Origin: Minisyncoccota bacterium
GTDB taxonomy: Bacteria; Patescibacteriota; Minisyncoccia; Phycocordibacterales; Phycocordibacteraceae
Reading direction: 5' to 3'
NCBI GenBank assembly: GCA_041663025.1
Contig: JBAZRE010000003.1
Coordinates: 2,157 to 66,156 of the forward strand
Length of the DNA: 64,000 bases
The notes under the pieces were generated by a model. That model did not search any database and was not told the DNA's origin. It worked only from the letters and a program-made list of their open reading frames with translations. This document shows, piece after piece, positions 10,779 to 18,963 of this stretch. Made by a program: the position numbers and the translations under genes. Each line of letters starts with the position of its first letter. Within the stretch, counting starts at the first letter, position 1.

Positions 10779-11375
10779 ATGGACTTTGCATCGAAAAACC
10801 TTACGGCTGGTCAGTTAAACGCAATCGTGAAAAAACTCGGCGGTGAAGAAATGGCTTTACGATTTCTTCGTGATGAGCTTACGGTTTCTGAACCGATTGC
10901 GAAAAAACTTCTCAACTTTGTCACCACGACCAACGTTTCCGAAGTCACCTCGTTCATCGTCAAGGACAAATTCCGCGAAGGTAAGACGACCGACGGCGTG
11001 AAAATCGCATGGCTTGGTTCCAACTTCAAAGAAAACTTCCTTGGCAAAACGGAACGGGGTATCGCTTCGGCGACACTTCGTATCCAGAAGCTAACGAAAG
11101 ACTCTTTGGACGCCCCGATTCTGACAGAACTTGGCGATACGGCGGAAACGACACTTGCACAACTCTGGGAACTGATGAAGCTGCAGGGCTCCGGCCAAGA
11201 AGGAAAACTCCTCGTTAACGGTTGGGCGAATATCGTCTATATCCGCGACAAGAACGAAAACCTCTGGGCCGTGTACGCGCGCTGGAGCTCCGGCAGCGAC
11301 GGGTGGGTCGTTGGAGCCTATTCGGTCGAGAGCCCGGGTAGGTGGGGTGCCGACTTTCAGGTCGTCTCCCGCTGA
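10779..11375 (+). CDS. DGR1 target (variable) protein with C-terminal VR
   Basis: Last 37 codons match the TR at 11688-11798 except at adenines; AAAGGAG RBS. Confidence 0.93.
   Translation: MDFASKNLTAGQLNAIVKKLGGEEMALRFLRDELTVSEPIAKKLLNFVTTTNVSEVTSFIVKDKFREGKTTDGVKIAWLGSNFKENFLGKTERGIASATLRIQKLTKDSLDAPILTELGDTAETTLAQLWELMKLQGSGQEGKLLVNGWANIVYIRDKNENLWAVYARWSSGSDGWVVGAYSVESPGRWGADFQVVSR
11262..11372 (+). repeat. DGR1 variable repeat (VR1)
   Basis: 111 bp; 15 mismatches to TR1, all at TR adenines. Confidence 0.97.
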
Positions 11376-11405
11376 TTCTTTTCAACTCTGATCTTTTTGA
11401 ACCTT

Positions 11406-11450
11406 AGACCCTTTGAATCTTTGCCATTTTGGCATTGAAACGAAGGGTCT
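11406..11450 (+). other. Nested hairpin downstream of VR1 (candidate target-recognition structure)
   Basis: AGACCCTT...AAGGGTCT enclosing TGCCA-TTT-TGGCA. Confidence 0.5.
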
Positions 11451-11687
11451 TTTGTTATAATAAAAACAAGGATGTCTTGGGTGCGGCGAGCATGCTCTTC
11501 GCACAGCGCCTTGGGAAATCAGTACTCCAGAATTGTGTCGAGCATGCTCGCCATGAGCGCGGGTACGATTGTCCAAAAAAAGATTAGAATCGGTGTGCGA
11601 TGTTGGTGGACTTTGATGTCCCGAATCAGGTACAACCTTGAGAGTATTCAAGAGGTGGTGGTATGGATGGCATCACACACAAACGTG

Positions 11688-11798
11688 CTCTGGGCCGTGA
11701 ACGCGAACTGGAACTCCGGCAACGACGGGTGGAACGTTGAAGCCAATTCGGTCGAGAACCCGAATAGGTGGAGTGCCGACAATCAGGTCGTCTCCCGC
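11688..11798 (+). repeat. DGR1 template repeat (TR1)
   Basis: AAC/AAT-rich copy of VR1, 26 adenines. Confidence 0.97.
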
Positions 11799-12212
11799 AA
11801 CTCTCGTCTTTTCCCGTCTCCACTTGGAGGCGGGTTTTTCGCTATAATACCTCTCTTCCATCCACCGACCATGCGTCCTATTTCTTCAACATCTTTCCCG
11901 AGTGATATAAAATGGCTCTGCGCCATGAGTCCTGATTCCCACGCGATTTGGATAAAGAAGCGAACAGCATCAACAGCACGAATTGCTTCTTCAAGTGGGG
12001 GCAATTTTTGGTCGATCGATGCGTATGCGGTTTTACGTAGTGCGTCTAATAAGTTAAGCCAGAGCTTGTCGATCCGGTCACCAATACCGAAGCGCTCTGA
12101 ACGCGCCATTTTCCGATGAGCGACGAGCCAAATTTTGTAAGCGACTTTAGCTCGCTCAATCACCGGCAAAAGCTTCTGGGGGGGGGTTACTTCTAGGAAG
12201 AAATTCACTCAT
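11783..12212 (-). CDS. avd: DGR1 accessory variability determinant (Avd-like four-helix bundle); ATG at 12212 is out of frame at C9, GTG at 12208 is in frame
   Basis: ERFGIGDRI...AVRFFIQIAWE...EEIGRMVGGW motif; lies between TR and RT. Confidence 0.88.
11813..11839 (+). terminator. Hairpin plus T-run just 3' of TR1
   Basis: CCCGTCTCCA-CT-TGGAGGCGGG followed by TTTTT. Confidence 0.6.
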
Positions 12213-13187
12213 ACGTATGAGAGTATCATTTCGGTTGAAAATATTCTCGGCGCGTGGCGAGAATTTATAAAAGGGAAGAGGAAACGTACTGACGTACAAG
12301 AATTTGAAAGATATTTGATGCATAACGTTTTAGAACTGCACCAAGAACTCGTGGCAGGCACCTATCAACATGGCGGCTATCACCATTTCAAGATCAGCGA
12401 CCCCAAGCCGCGCGACATTCATAAAGCGAGTGTGCGTGACCGACTGGTACACCACGCTCTTTATCGTCAACTCTATCCATTTTTTGACAAAACGTTCATC
12501 AGCGATTCGTATTCATGCCGAAGAGAGAAGGGGACACATAAGGCGATGAACCGCTTCAGAGCCTTTGCGCGCAAGGTTTCTAAAAATAATACGCGCACCT
12601 GTTGGGTGTTGAAGTGCGATATCAGAAAATTCTTCGCATCTATCGATCAAGCCAAACTCATACAGATTCTTAAACAGCGAATATCAGACGAACGCATTGT
12701 CCAGCTTGTTGAGAAAGTCATCACGAGTTTCTCAAGTACTGAAAAAGGGAAGGGTCTACCACTCGGGAACCTCACCTCACAACTCCTCGTAAACATCTAT
12801 ATGAACAAGTTTGATCAGTTTGTTAAACATGAGCTAAAAGCAAAGCATTATATTCGCTACGCTGATGACTTTGTATTTTTATCATCCGACCGTTCATTTC
12901 TTACCTCACTTTTGCCCCTTATTCATAATTTTCTACATGACCATCTCGCTCTTGAGTTACATCCAGGTAAGGTCTCTATCAACACGCTTGCATCCGGCAT
13001 TGATTTCCTCGGCTGGGTGCATTTTCCAGACCATCGCGTTTTACGCACCTCTACCAAAAAGCGGATGTTCCGGCGTATTATAGAAACGAAAAGTAGGAAA
13101 GAAACAGTGCAGTCATATCTCGGCCTCTTGAGTCATGGCAACACACATAAACTGCAATCAGTTGCATTTTCTGACTACAACCTATAA
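12116..13187 (+). CDS. DGR1 reverse transcriptase; ATG at 12116 is separated from the body by a frameshift at G9 (ORF track starts at TTG 12315)
   Basis: KPRDIH..RDRLVHHAL, CDIRKFFASID, GLPLGNLTSQ, YIRYADD, GIDFLG; the conserved N-terminus YESIISVENILGAW lies upstream of 12315. Confidence 0.95.
12178..12186. repeat. G9 homopolymer in the avd/RT overlap
   Basis: AGCTTCT-G9-TTACTTCTAGGAAGAAATTCACTCAT. Confidence 0.9.
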
Positions 13188-13210
13188 GCTACAGCCTACA
13201 ACCTATTTAT

Positions 13211-13477
13211 ATGGCAATTACCAGTTCAGCAAAGAAGGCGATCCGCTCCTCGGGGCGGAAGCATGTCTTTAACCTGCGTCGCAAGGGGGCGCTTCATGAC
13301 ACGACTAAGTCGTTCACCAAAGCGCTTGCTGCCAAGGATGTGAAGGGTGCAGAAAAGCTCCTCCCCGCAGCCTATAAGGCAATCGACAAGGCCTGCAAGA
13401 GTGGGATCATCAAGAGCAACACCGCAGATCGCAAGAAGGCGCGTCTCGCCGCCTCAATCAAACGCGCACAAGCGTAA
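13211..13477 (+). CDS. rpsT: 30S ribosomal protein S20
   Basis: MAITSSAKKAIR...AIDKA..GIIKSNTADRKKARL. Confidence 0.96.
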   Translation: MAITSSAKKAIRSSGRKHVFNLRRKGALHDTTKSFTKALAAKDVKGAEKLLPAAYKAIDKACKSGIIKSNTADRKKARLAASIKRAQA

Positions 13478-13487
13478 ACTCAAAAAG

Positions 13488-13559
13488 TGCCCTCGACAGG
13501 AATCGAACCTGTACCACCTCCTTCGGAGGGAGATATTGTATCCATTCAACTACGAGGGC
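13488..13559 (-). tRNA. tRNA-Arg(CCG)
   Basis: GCCCTCGTAGTTGAATGGATA...CT-CCG-AA...GGTTCGATTCC...GAGGGCA. Confidence 0.93.
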
Positions 13560-13756
13560 GAAGCGAGGAAACAAGAATGCGTCCTCGGATTCTTGTTCTC
13601 CGAACGAGCCCTCGTATCGAATCCGAGAAGATACGAGGGCATTCCTCAACCGATACTACACCAGTTTGTGGTCACTGATAATTCAATCGCCGTCGCAATT
13701 GAATTTCCTCGACCCCGTCTCGCGGCTCAGCTTGCTAGCTGAACATCGCTCCGACC

Positions 13757-13806
13757 GGCACAGAAATAGAAAACACCGCGCAGGCGGTGTTTTCTATTTC
13801 TGTGCC
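13757..13806. terminator. Perfect 23-bp-arm inverted repeat overlapping the tRNA-Arg(GCG) 3' end
   Basis: GGCACAGAAATAGAAAACACCGC-GCAG-GCGGTGTTTTCTATTTCTGTGCC. Confidence 0.75.
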
Positions 13807-13875
13807 CCCACGAGGAATCGAACCTCGATTACGACCTCCGCAAGGTCGCGTCCTGATCCGTTGAACGACAGGGGC
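13803..13875 (-). tRNA. tRNA-Arg(GCG)
   Basis: Anticodon arm CGACC-TT-GCG-GA-GGTCG; GGTTCGATTCC T-arm. Confidence 0.92.
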
Positions 13876-13880
13876 GGTAT

Positions 13881-14288
13881 TTACTCTTCGTACTTCTGTG
13901 CAATCTGTTGTCCGAGTGAGAGAAGCTCTCTTAGTATCGAACTACCGGAATAGACGATAGAACAGATGCCTCGAAAGTTTTTCCGAAAACGCTTCAGCAC
14001 ACTTCGCTTTTTAACATAGATTTTACCAAATTGCGACTCTGGTACCCCGAGAAGCTTTGACCAGAAGGCAATTGATTCACGATGTTTATGATAATAATGG
14101 AGGTGTAAACGGACACGGATCTTACTTTCATCTAATGAATACGATGATCGTAGGAGTGTTAAATATAATTTTGCCAACGCAGGATCCGTATTTACGAACT
14201 TCATTTGAGCTTTTGCTCCCTCTGCCCAGTACAACATGGCAAGGAGCGATTTTTGGACGTTTTTATCCTTGATTGGTAACCGTATCAA
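13881..14288 (-). CDS. LAGLIDADG-like hypothetical protein, possibly 5'-truncated
   Basis: LAMLYWAEGAK..FVNTDP motif; no ATG start; ends 5 nt before the tRNA. Confidence 0.55.
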   Translation of the reverse strand: MIRLPIKDKNVQKSLLAMLYWAEGAKAQMKFVNTDPALAKLYLTLLRSSYSLDESKIRVRLHLHYYHKHRESIAFWSKLLGVPESQFGKIYVKKRSVLKRFRKNFRGICSIVYSGSSILRELLSLGQQIAQKYEE

Positions 14289-14343
14289 TACCTTTTTGCT
14301 TTTTCAGAAGCTAGCATCAGGCGGTCCTCATGTTGTGGATAAG

Positions 14344-14817
14344 TTAGAATCCGAGCCAGGCCGCCACTAGATCGATGAAAGAGTGTGTGTGTTCGCTTTC
14401 CTCAACGTGTTGGATGAAGTGCAGATATACCGACTCAGCATCGACCCCTTCAAGTGGGATGACGAGATGCGGCGAAAACCACGTCTCATTCTTGATAGAG
14501 AGCAGGGGCGGCAATTCGCCCTCGATATCTTCAAGGATCGAAAAGGAGATCATATGGTCAAAGGAGTGGAGATCATCTCCAATAAACAATCCCTGCTCAA
14601 CGAGGCGAAAGCGGTGCAGGGGCGGCTGTTTAGCCGCATGGAGTGCGATGGTGGCAGCAGCAACGATGACCAAGAAGGCGAGCAGATAGTTGCCGAAGAG
14701 TATCGTCGCGATTGCTATCGCTGCAGCGATGATACCGAGTACCCAGTACCAATCAGCACTCTTCGGCACATGGTCGTATTCTCTCCCTTCCCATTCTACG
14801 AGTGCGGTGCGGGGCAT
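14344..14817 (-). CDS. Conserved CPR membrane protein (DUF5673-like)
   Basis: W...EY....KSADWYW followed by two TM helices. Confidence 0.6.
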   Translation of the reverse strand: MPRTALVEWEGREYDHVPKSADWYWVLGIIAAAIAIATILFGNYLLAFLVIVAAATIALHAAKQPPLHRFRLVEQGLFIGDDLHSFDHMISFSILEDIEGELPPLLSIKNETWFSPHLVIPLEGVDAESVYLHFIQHVEESEHTHSFIDLVAAWLGF

Positions 14818-14844
14818 GGGGAAAGTATATCACTGCACACACGG

Positions 14845-16041
14845 TTACTGTGTCGGTACCGGCTCTCTATTGATATGTACTATCTTGGCTGGTTTGAAAC
14901 CGTTAAAGGATGTCGCAGAGGCATTTGAATACGCCCCGATATTTTCAGCATAGAGCAAATCCTCAATCTGCAAATCCTCAGGCAACTCATCGGAGAGAGA
15001 AATGGTGTCGAGTGCATCGCAGGTTGGGCCGAAGGTGGCGCACATTTTTTCCTCACCCTCTTTAAAGGCGTGAAGCGGGTAGTGCTGATGATCAAAAATC
15101 TGCCCAGAAAAGGTGTGGTACACACCATCATCCAAGTAATAACACGTCTTCCCGTCACGGATGGCTTTACCGATGATTTTAGTCACGACGGTGCATGCGG
15201 TCGCCACCATAAAACGACCTGGCTCGGCGATAATTTGAATGTTGTCATTGGCGAACCGGCGCTTTATTTCAGAATTCAATTTTTTAGCCAAAACCGCAAA
15301 CGATTTTACATCCGGCGTATATTTAACAGGGAAGCCGCCGCCGATATCGAGGACTTTAATTTTCCGTCCCTCTTTGTCAGTAAATCCTATTGAGTAGTTT
15401 CTTAATCGTGCCTCTTCAAAAATAGAGAAGGCAAAGTTCAAGGCCTGTGAATAATTATCAAAATTGCAGCACTGGCTACCCACGTGGAAGCTTATCCCCT
15501 CAACCGTCAGCCCCCTCTCGACAGCCCCTGCCAGCAGATCAATTGCTTCTCCTGGGTGGACACCAAACTTTGAAGAAAGCTCTACCATAGAGCCTGTGTT
15601 GGGCACGCGAATACGCAAAATCAGGCCAGCATCGGGGGCATACTGCTTTATCTTTTTAAGTTCTTCAACATTGTCAAACGTAACGAGGATTTTATATGGG
15701 TTTAATTTTTTCAGGATTTTAGACGGCTTGATAGTATTGGCATAAATAATTTTATCCCAGATAAAGTCCTGCCGTTCTTTTTCAGAAAAATCTTTGATAT
15801 TTTCATAGACGAGTTTAAATTCTGCAAAAGAAGCCACGTCAAAACTGGAGCCCAGGTCATACAAGGTTTTGACGATCTCAGGAAGAGAATTAGCTTTGAC
15901 GGCAAAATATGCCTGAACATCCGGCAATTTTTCCTTGAATTCTCGGTAATTTTCTCTAATTTTTTCATGGTCAACGACAAGGACTGGCGTGCCATGTTCG
16001 GCAGCAATTTTCTGTAACAATTTTTTTCGTTGTTCAGTCAT
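14845..16041 (-). CDS. Ornithine decarboxylase-like fold-III PLP enzyme
   Basis: FAVKAN, FDVAS, SKFG, SFHVGSQ, LDIGGGFP, EPGR, GPTCD, GAYS. Confidence 0.92.
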   Translation of the reverse strand: MTEQRKKLLQKIAAEHGTPVLVVDHEKIRENYREFKEKLPDVQAYFAVKANSLPEIVKTLYDLGSSFDVASFAEFKLVYENIKDFSEKERQDFIWDKIIYANTIKPSKILKKLNPYKILVTFDNVEELKKIKQYAPDAGLILRIRVPNTGSMVELSSKFGVHPGEAIDLLAGAVERGLTVEGISFHVGSQCCNFDNYSQALNFAFSIFEEARLRNYSIGFTDKEGRKIKVLDIGGGFPVKYTPDVKSFAVLAKKLNSEIKRRFANDNIQIIAEPGRFMVATACTVVTKIIGKAIRDGKTCYYLDDGVYHTFSGQIFDHQHYPLHAFKEGEEKMCATFGPTCDALDTISLSDELPEDLQIEDLLYAENIGAYSNASATSFNGFKPAKIVHINREPVPTQ

Positions 16042-16055
16042 GGTGATTGTTGCGT

Positions 16056-17504
16056 TTAGGGTAAGAGAAGGAAGTTTTCAAATTGCCACGGATCAGGATT
16101 CGCCTTGCTCGCTGGATTTTCTTTAAAGTAGACAGTGCGATTTTTTAGCGGTGTCCAATCAGATGCGGTAGAAATAAAGTCTCCAAGATAGGGTTTGGCA
16201 ATAGTCAATACAAAATCATGCGGTAAATCATCGGGGAGGTTCACGCCCGCTCGTGGGTTATCAATCATCCAGAGCGCCGCCGCCACAATACTAATCGCCA
16301 CTTGCAGGGTGGTGGCATTTTGGCCTGGCGCAAGCACTCGTGCTTGATCGATAGAGAGAGCGCTCCCGGTCCACCAAGAGCCATAGGGGTGACCCATAAT
16401 GAGCGCCCCAAGAGTATCGGCACCTGAAGTAATTTCATCTCCCATAATCCGCAGTTTTGGCGGGAGCTCATAATTGCGGGCGCGCAATTCATAGAGTGAA
16501 GAGATAGTCTCGTGGCAGGGCATATAGGCATAGTGCACCGTCGGTCGGTATATCGCCTCTTCATTTTCCCAAACAGTCAGGCGGTCAGAAATGCCGAACG
16601 CCTCACCGTGGCGGATCACCATACCGACAATCTCCTGATCGGGTATCCACGATCTCACCAAGGTATTTATGCCCATTTGAGCCAAAGCAATTTGATTTTT
16701 AGGTCCATACGGAGGAACGTGTGCCAGAGCGGGGAGTGTTTGCTCATGAGTACCCCAACCCATCTCCGCCGGGGCAGTTCCTTCTTCGCGGAGTCCTTCA
16801 ATGCTCCAGGTACCTACAAATTCATCCACCTCCTTTGGTCGATTGGTGATTTGCGTATCTCGTTCGCTGCAATGAATAACTTTGACCCCTAATTTTTTAC
16901 TGAGCTCAGCGAAGTTCTTGTTATTTGCAAGAGCACGCAACTCACCTGCATCTTCAGGAGAAACTTTTTTGTCAGCAATCATACGCGCCGTGATATCCAA
17001 GAGGCCCTGTTTTACAAAATGAGAAATAAGACCCGGATTAGCGCCATGATCAACCACTGCGGTTGGCGCATTCTTCCATTCGCGTGAGAGCTCTTGCAAC
17101 TGCATCTGTCGCCAATACAAGGACTTCTCGAATGGGCTTTTGGTAAAGACCTCCCCCTTCGAGTCCCACACCTCAACTGAGGTGTTCATGTAGAGCACGC
17201 CATGGTCGTGACACCACTGGATAATGTCGTTGCACCCAATATTCCATGCCAAATCAATAAGTAGGCCGCCCTCGTCTACGTGTGCGGATAAAACCTGACC
17301 CAAATTTTCTGGGGTAATTTTTTCATGCACAAAATGCAATCCCTGGTCAGTATATTTTTTAAGAGCTGCTGATTTATCTTCAAAATCAAGAATGGTTACC
17401 TGAGCGGGCGGCACGTCGATTTTTTCCAACAGAATTGGAAGAGTGCATTGAGAGACCGAGCCATAGCCGATCACCAGAATCTTGTGAGCAAATTGCTTTT
17501 TCAT
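16056..17504 (-). CDS. hss: Homospermidine synthase
   Basis: IGYGSV, HGANPGLISHF, IHCSERDTQ, FVGTWS.EG, YRPTVHYAY, QNATTLQV. Confidence 0.93.
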   Translation of the reverse strand: MKKQFAHKILVIGYGSVSQCTLPILLEKIDVPPAQVTILDFEDKSAALKKYTDQGLHFVHEKITPENLGQVLSAHVDEGGLLIDLAWNIGCNDIIQWCHDHGVLYMNTSVEVWDSKGEVFTKSPFEKSLYWRQMQLQELSREWKNAPTAVVDHGANPGLISHFVKQGLLDITARMIADKKVSPEDAGELRALANNKNFAELSKKLGVKVIHCSERDTQITNRPKEVDEFVGTWSIEGLREEGTAPAEMGWGTHEQTLPALAHVPPYGPKNQIALAQMGINTLVRSWIPDQEIVGMVIRHGEAFGISDRLTVWENEEAIYRPTVHYAYMPCHETISSLYELRARNYELPPKLRIMGDEITSGADTLGALIMGHPYGSWWTGSALSIDQARVLAPGQNATTLQVAISIVAAALWMIDNPRAGVNLPDDLPHDFVLTIAKPYLGDFISTASDWTPLKNRTVYFKENPASKANPDPWQFENFLLLP

Positions 17505-17626
17505 TATTCATTTTATGTAACGCATTTTAAACCTCAGCGCAAGCAATCTCTACTAATAACTAGGGTGGAAATGATACGATTGTGCCAAACCTCTGGAATA
17601 TCTTGCCGAAGAAATAAAAACAAAAG

Positions 17627-17711
17627 CGGAGGAGGTGGGATTCGAACCCACGATGCCTTTCGACATGGCGGTTTTCAAGACCGCTGCACTAGACCACTAT
17701 GCGACTCCTCC
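17627..17711 (-). tRNA. tRNA-Ser(TGA)
   Basis: GGAGGAGTCGCATAGTGG...CT-TGA-AA...long variable arm...GGTTCGAATCCC. Confidence 0.95.
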
Positions 17712-17721
17712 AGAAACCTGT

Positions 17722-18003
17722 TTACTGCACCGGTGATGACGTGTGCACCGGAGCAGCTTCGTTCGACGGAGATGTGGCAGAAGATTTTGGACGATACCAG
17801 AGGAGATAAATAATCTCAAGGATGCCGAGAGTGTTGATGACGAGGAGGGCAATGAACCACCACTTCTGGCCGGCGCGTGCAGCATTCCAGAGAGAATAAC
17901 CTTTCAAAACAACAGTCCAGAGTACAACAACAAGGATAACAGGAACGAGGATAAGTGCCATCTGCGGTGTGAATGGGGAATAAAACGGTGTGAATGGTTG
18001 CAT
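17722..18003 (-). CDS. Small membrane protein (DUF5652-like)
   Basis: W...LKGYSLW.AAR..QKWWF..LLVINTLGILEIIYL. Confidence 0.8.
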   Translation of the reverse strand: MQPFTPFYSPFTPQMALILVPVILVVVLWTVVLKGYSLWNAARAGQKWWFIALLVINTLGILEIIYLLWYRPKSSATSPSNEAAPVHTSSPVQ

Positions 18004-18033
18004 ATACGTCGATTATACCACACACTCTGTATC

Positions 18034-18483
18034 ATGCGATACCTTGGAGTGGATTACGGGAGCAAGAAGATCGGGCTCGCTCTCTCAGATGAATCTGGCG
18101 CGATGGGCTTCCCGTACTCTATTGTGCCGAATACACCACGTCTTGTTGATGAGGTGTGTACGCTTATCGCCAGAGAACATGTCGGCGCGGTGGTTGTTGG
18201 GGATTCGCGGAATCTTGACGGCAGTGAGAACGTGATTGCGGAAGATGCGCGCGTGTTTGGCGAGCAGATTACGGCGCGTGCCGATCTGCCAGTTTTCTTT
18301 GAATCAGAAGTGTTTACGAGTGCTGAGGCGCGGCGTGCCCCAGAACCAGCCGGAGGCTGGTCCGCCCTCGGCGGAAAAGATAGAAAGTCACGTTCACCCA
18401 AACAGCACAGAGACGTGGACGCCTCGGCCGCCGCACTCATTCTTACTAGTTATCTCACGAGAAGCGCAAGGAGACACGAATAA
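18034..18483 (+). CDS. ruvX: RuvX/YqgF family nuclease
   Basis: MRYLGVDYGSKKIGLALSD...E..TS..A...DASAAALIL..YL. Confidence 0.92.
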   Translation: MRYLGVDYGSKKIGLALSDESGAMGFPYSIVPNTPRLVDEVCTLIAREHVGAVVVGDSRNLDGSENVIAEDARVFGEQITARADLPVFFESEVFTSAEARRAPEPAGGWSALGGKDRKSRSPKQHRDVDASAAALILTSYLTRSARRHE

Positions 18484-18515
18484 GGTGACTCCTCGCGGAG
18501 AGAGGTGTCTCCTTG
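18482..18515 (+). repeat. 34-bp dispersed palindromic repeat; inverted copy at 27221-27254
   Basis: AAGGTGACTCCTCGCGGAGAGAGGTGTCTCCTTG, 32/34 identical to the reverse complement of 27221-27254. Confidence 0.85.
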
Positions 18516-18576
18516 TTCGTGCTTGCTTTTGCAGGCGTAAGGTGTCACCTTACTTCGTAAGGAAACACCTTACGCT

Positions 18577-18915
18577 ATGGATAAACCAAAGATTTCAATT
18601 GAGGAATTCGGTAAGATAGAAGTGAAGATTGGCACCGTGCGCTCTGCTGAGCGCGTGCCAGATACCGACAAACTGCTTCGGCTCATGGTTGATTTTGGTG
18701 AGGAGAGCCCACGCCAGATTATTTCTGGCATTGCTGCTTACGTGTCAGAGCCCGAATCACTGGTTGGACGGCAACTTTCTTTTGTCACGAATCTTGAACC
18801 GCGTACGATACGTGGATTTGAATCAAACGGAATGCTTTTTGCGGTTGGAGAAGGTGAGTCATTTGCATTCGTGACGCCTGACAGAGAAGTCCCTCCGGGC
18901 ACCAGTGCACACTGA
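18577..18915 (+). CDS. Stand-alone tRNA-binding OB-fold protein (MetRS C-terminal / Trbp111-like)
   Basis: ISIEEF.KIEVKIG.V...DKLL..VDFG..RQIISG..TNLEPR..GFESNGM. Confidence 0.88.
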   Translation: MDKPKISIEEFGKIEVKIGTVRSAERVPDTDKLLRLMVDFGEESPRQIISGIAAYVSEPESLVGRQLSFVTNLEPRTIRGFESNGMLFAVGEGESFAFVTPDREVPPGTSAH

Positions 18916-18963
18916 TGAGGTGAAACAGGCGCGACCGCTCCGCGGTCGCGCTATACTCTAGTT

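Noticed and set aside
11472-12119. 215-aa + strand ORF spanning TR1 in frame and ending in an ATGA overlap with the RT ATG at 12116
   Set aside because: A TR is open because it mirrors a coding VR, and the rest is antisense to avd. DGR2 has no equivalent, so it is probably a shadow ORF, though the ATGA overlap is noted.
12315-13187. Group II intron or retron interpretation of the RTs
   Set aside because: The RT is short with no maturase or endonuclease domain; the SQ motif, Avd and adenine-specific TR/VR pairs identify a DGR.
17743-18033. N-terminal extension of the ruvX ORF
   Set aside because: Antisense to a real membrane-protein gene; RuvX homology begins at ATG 18034.
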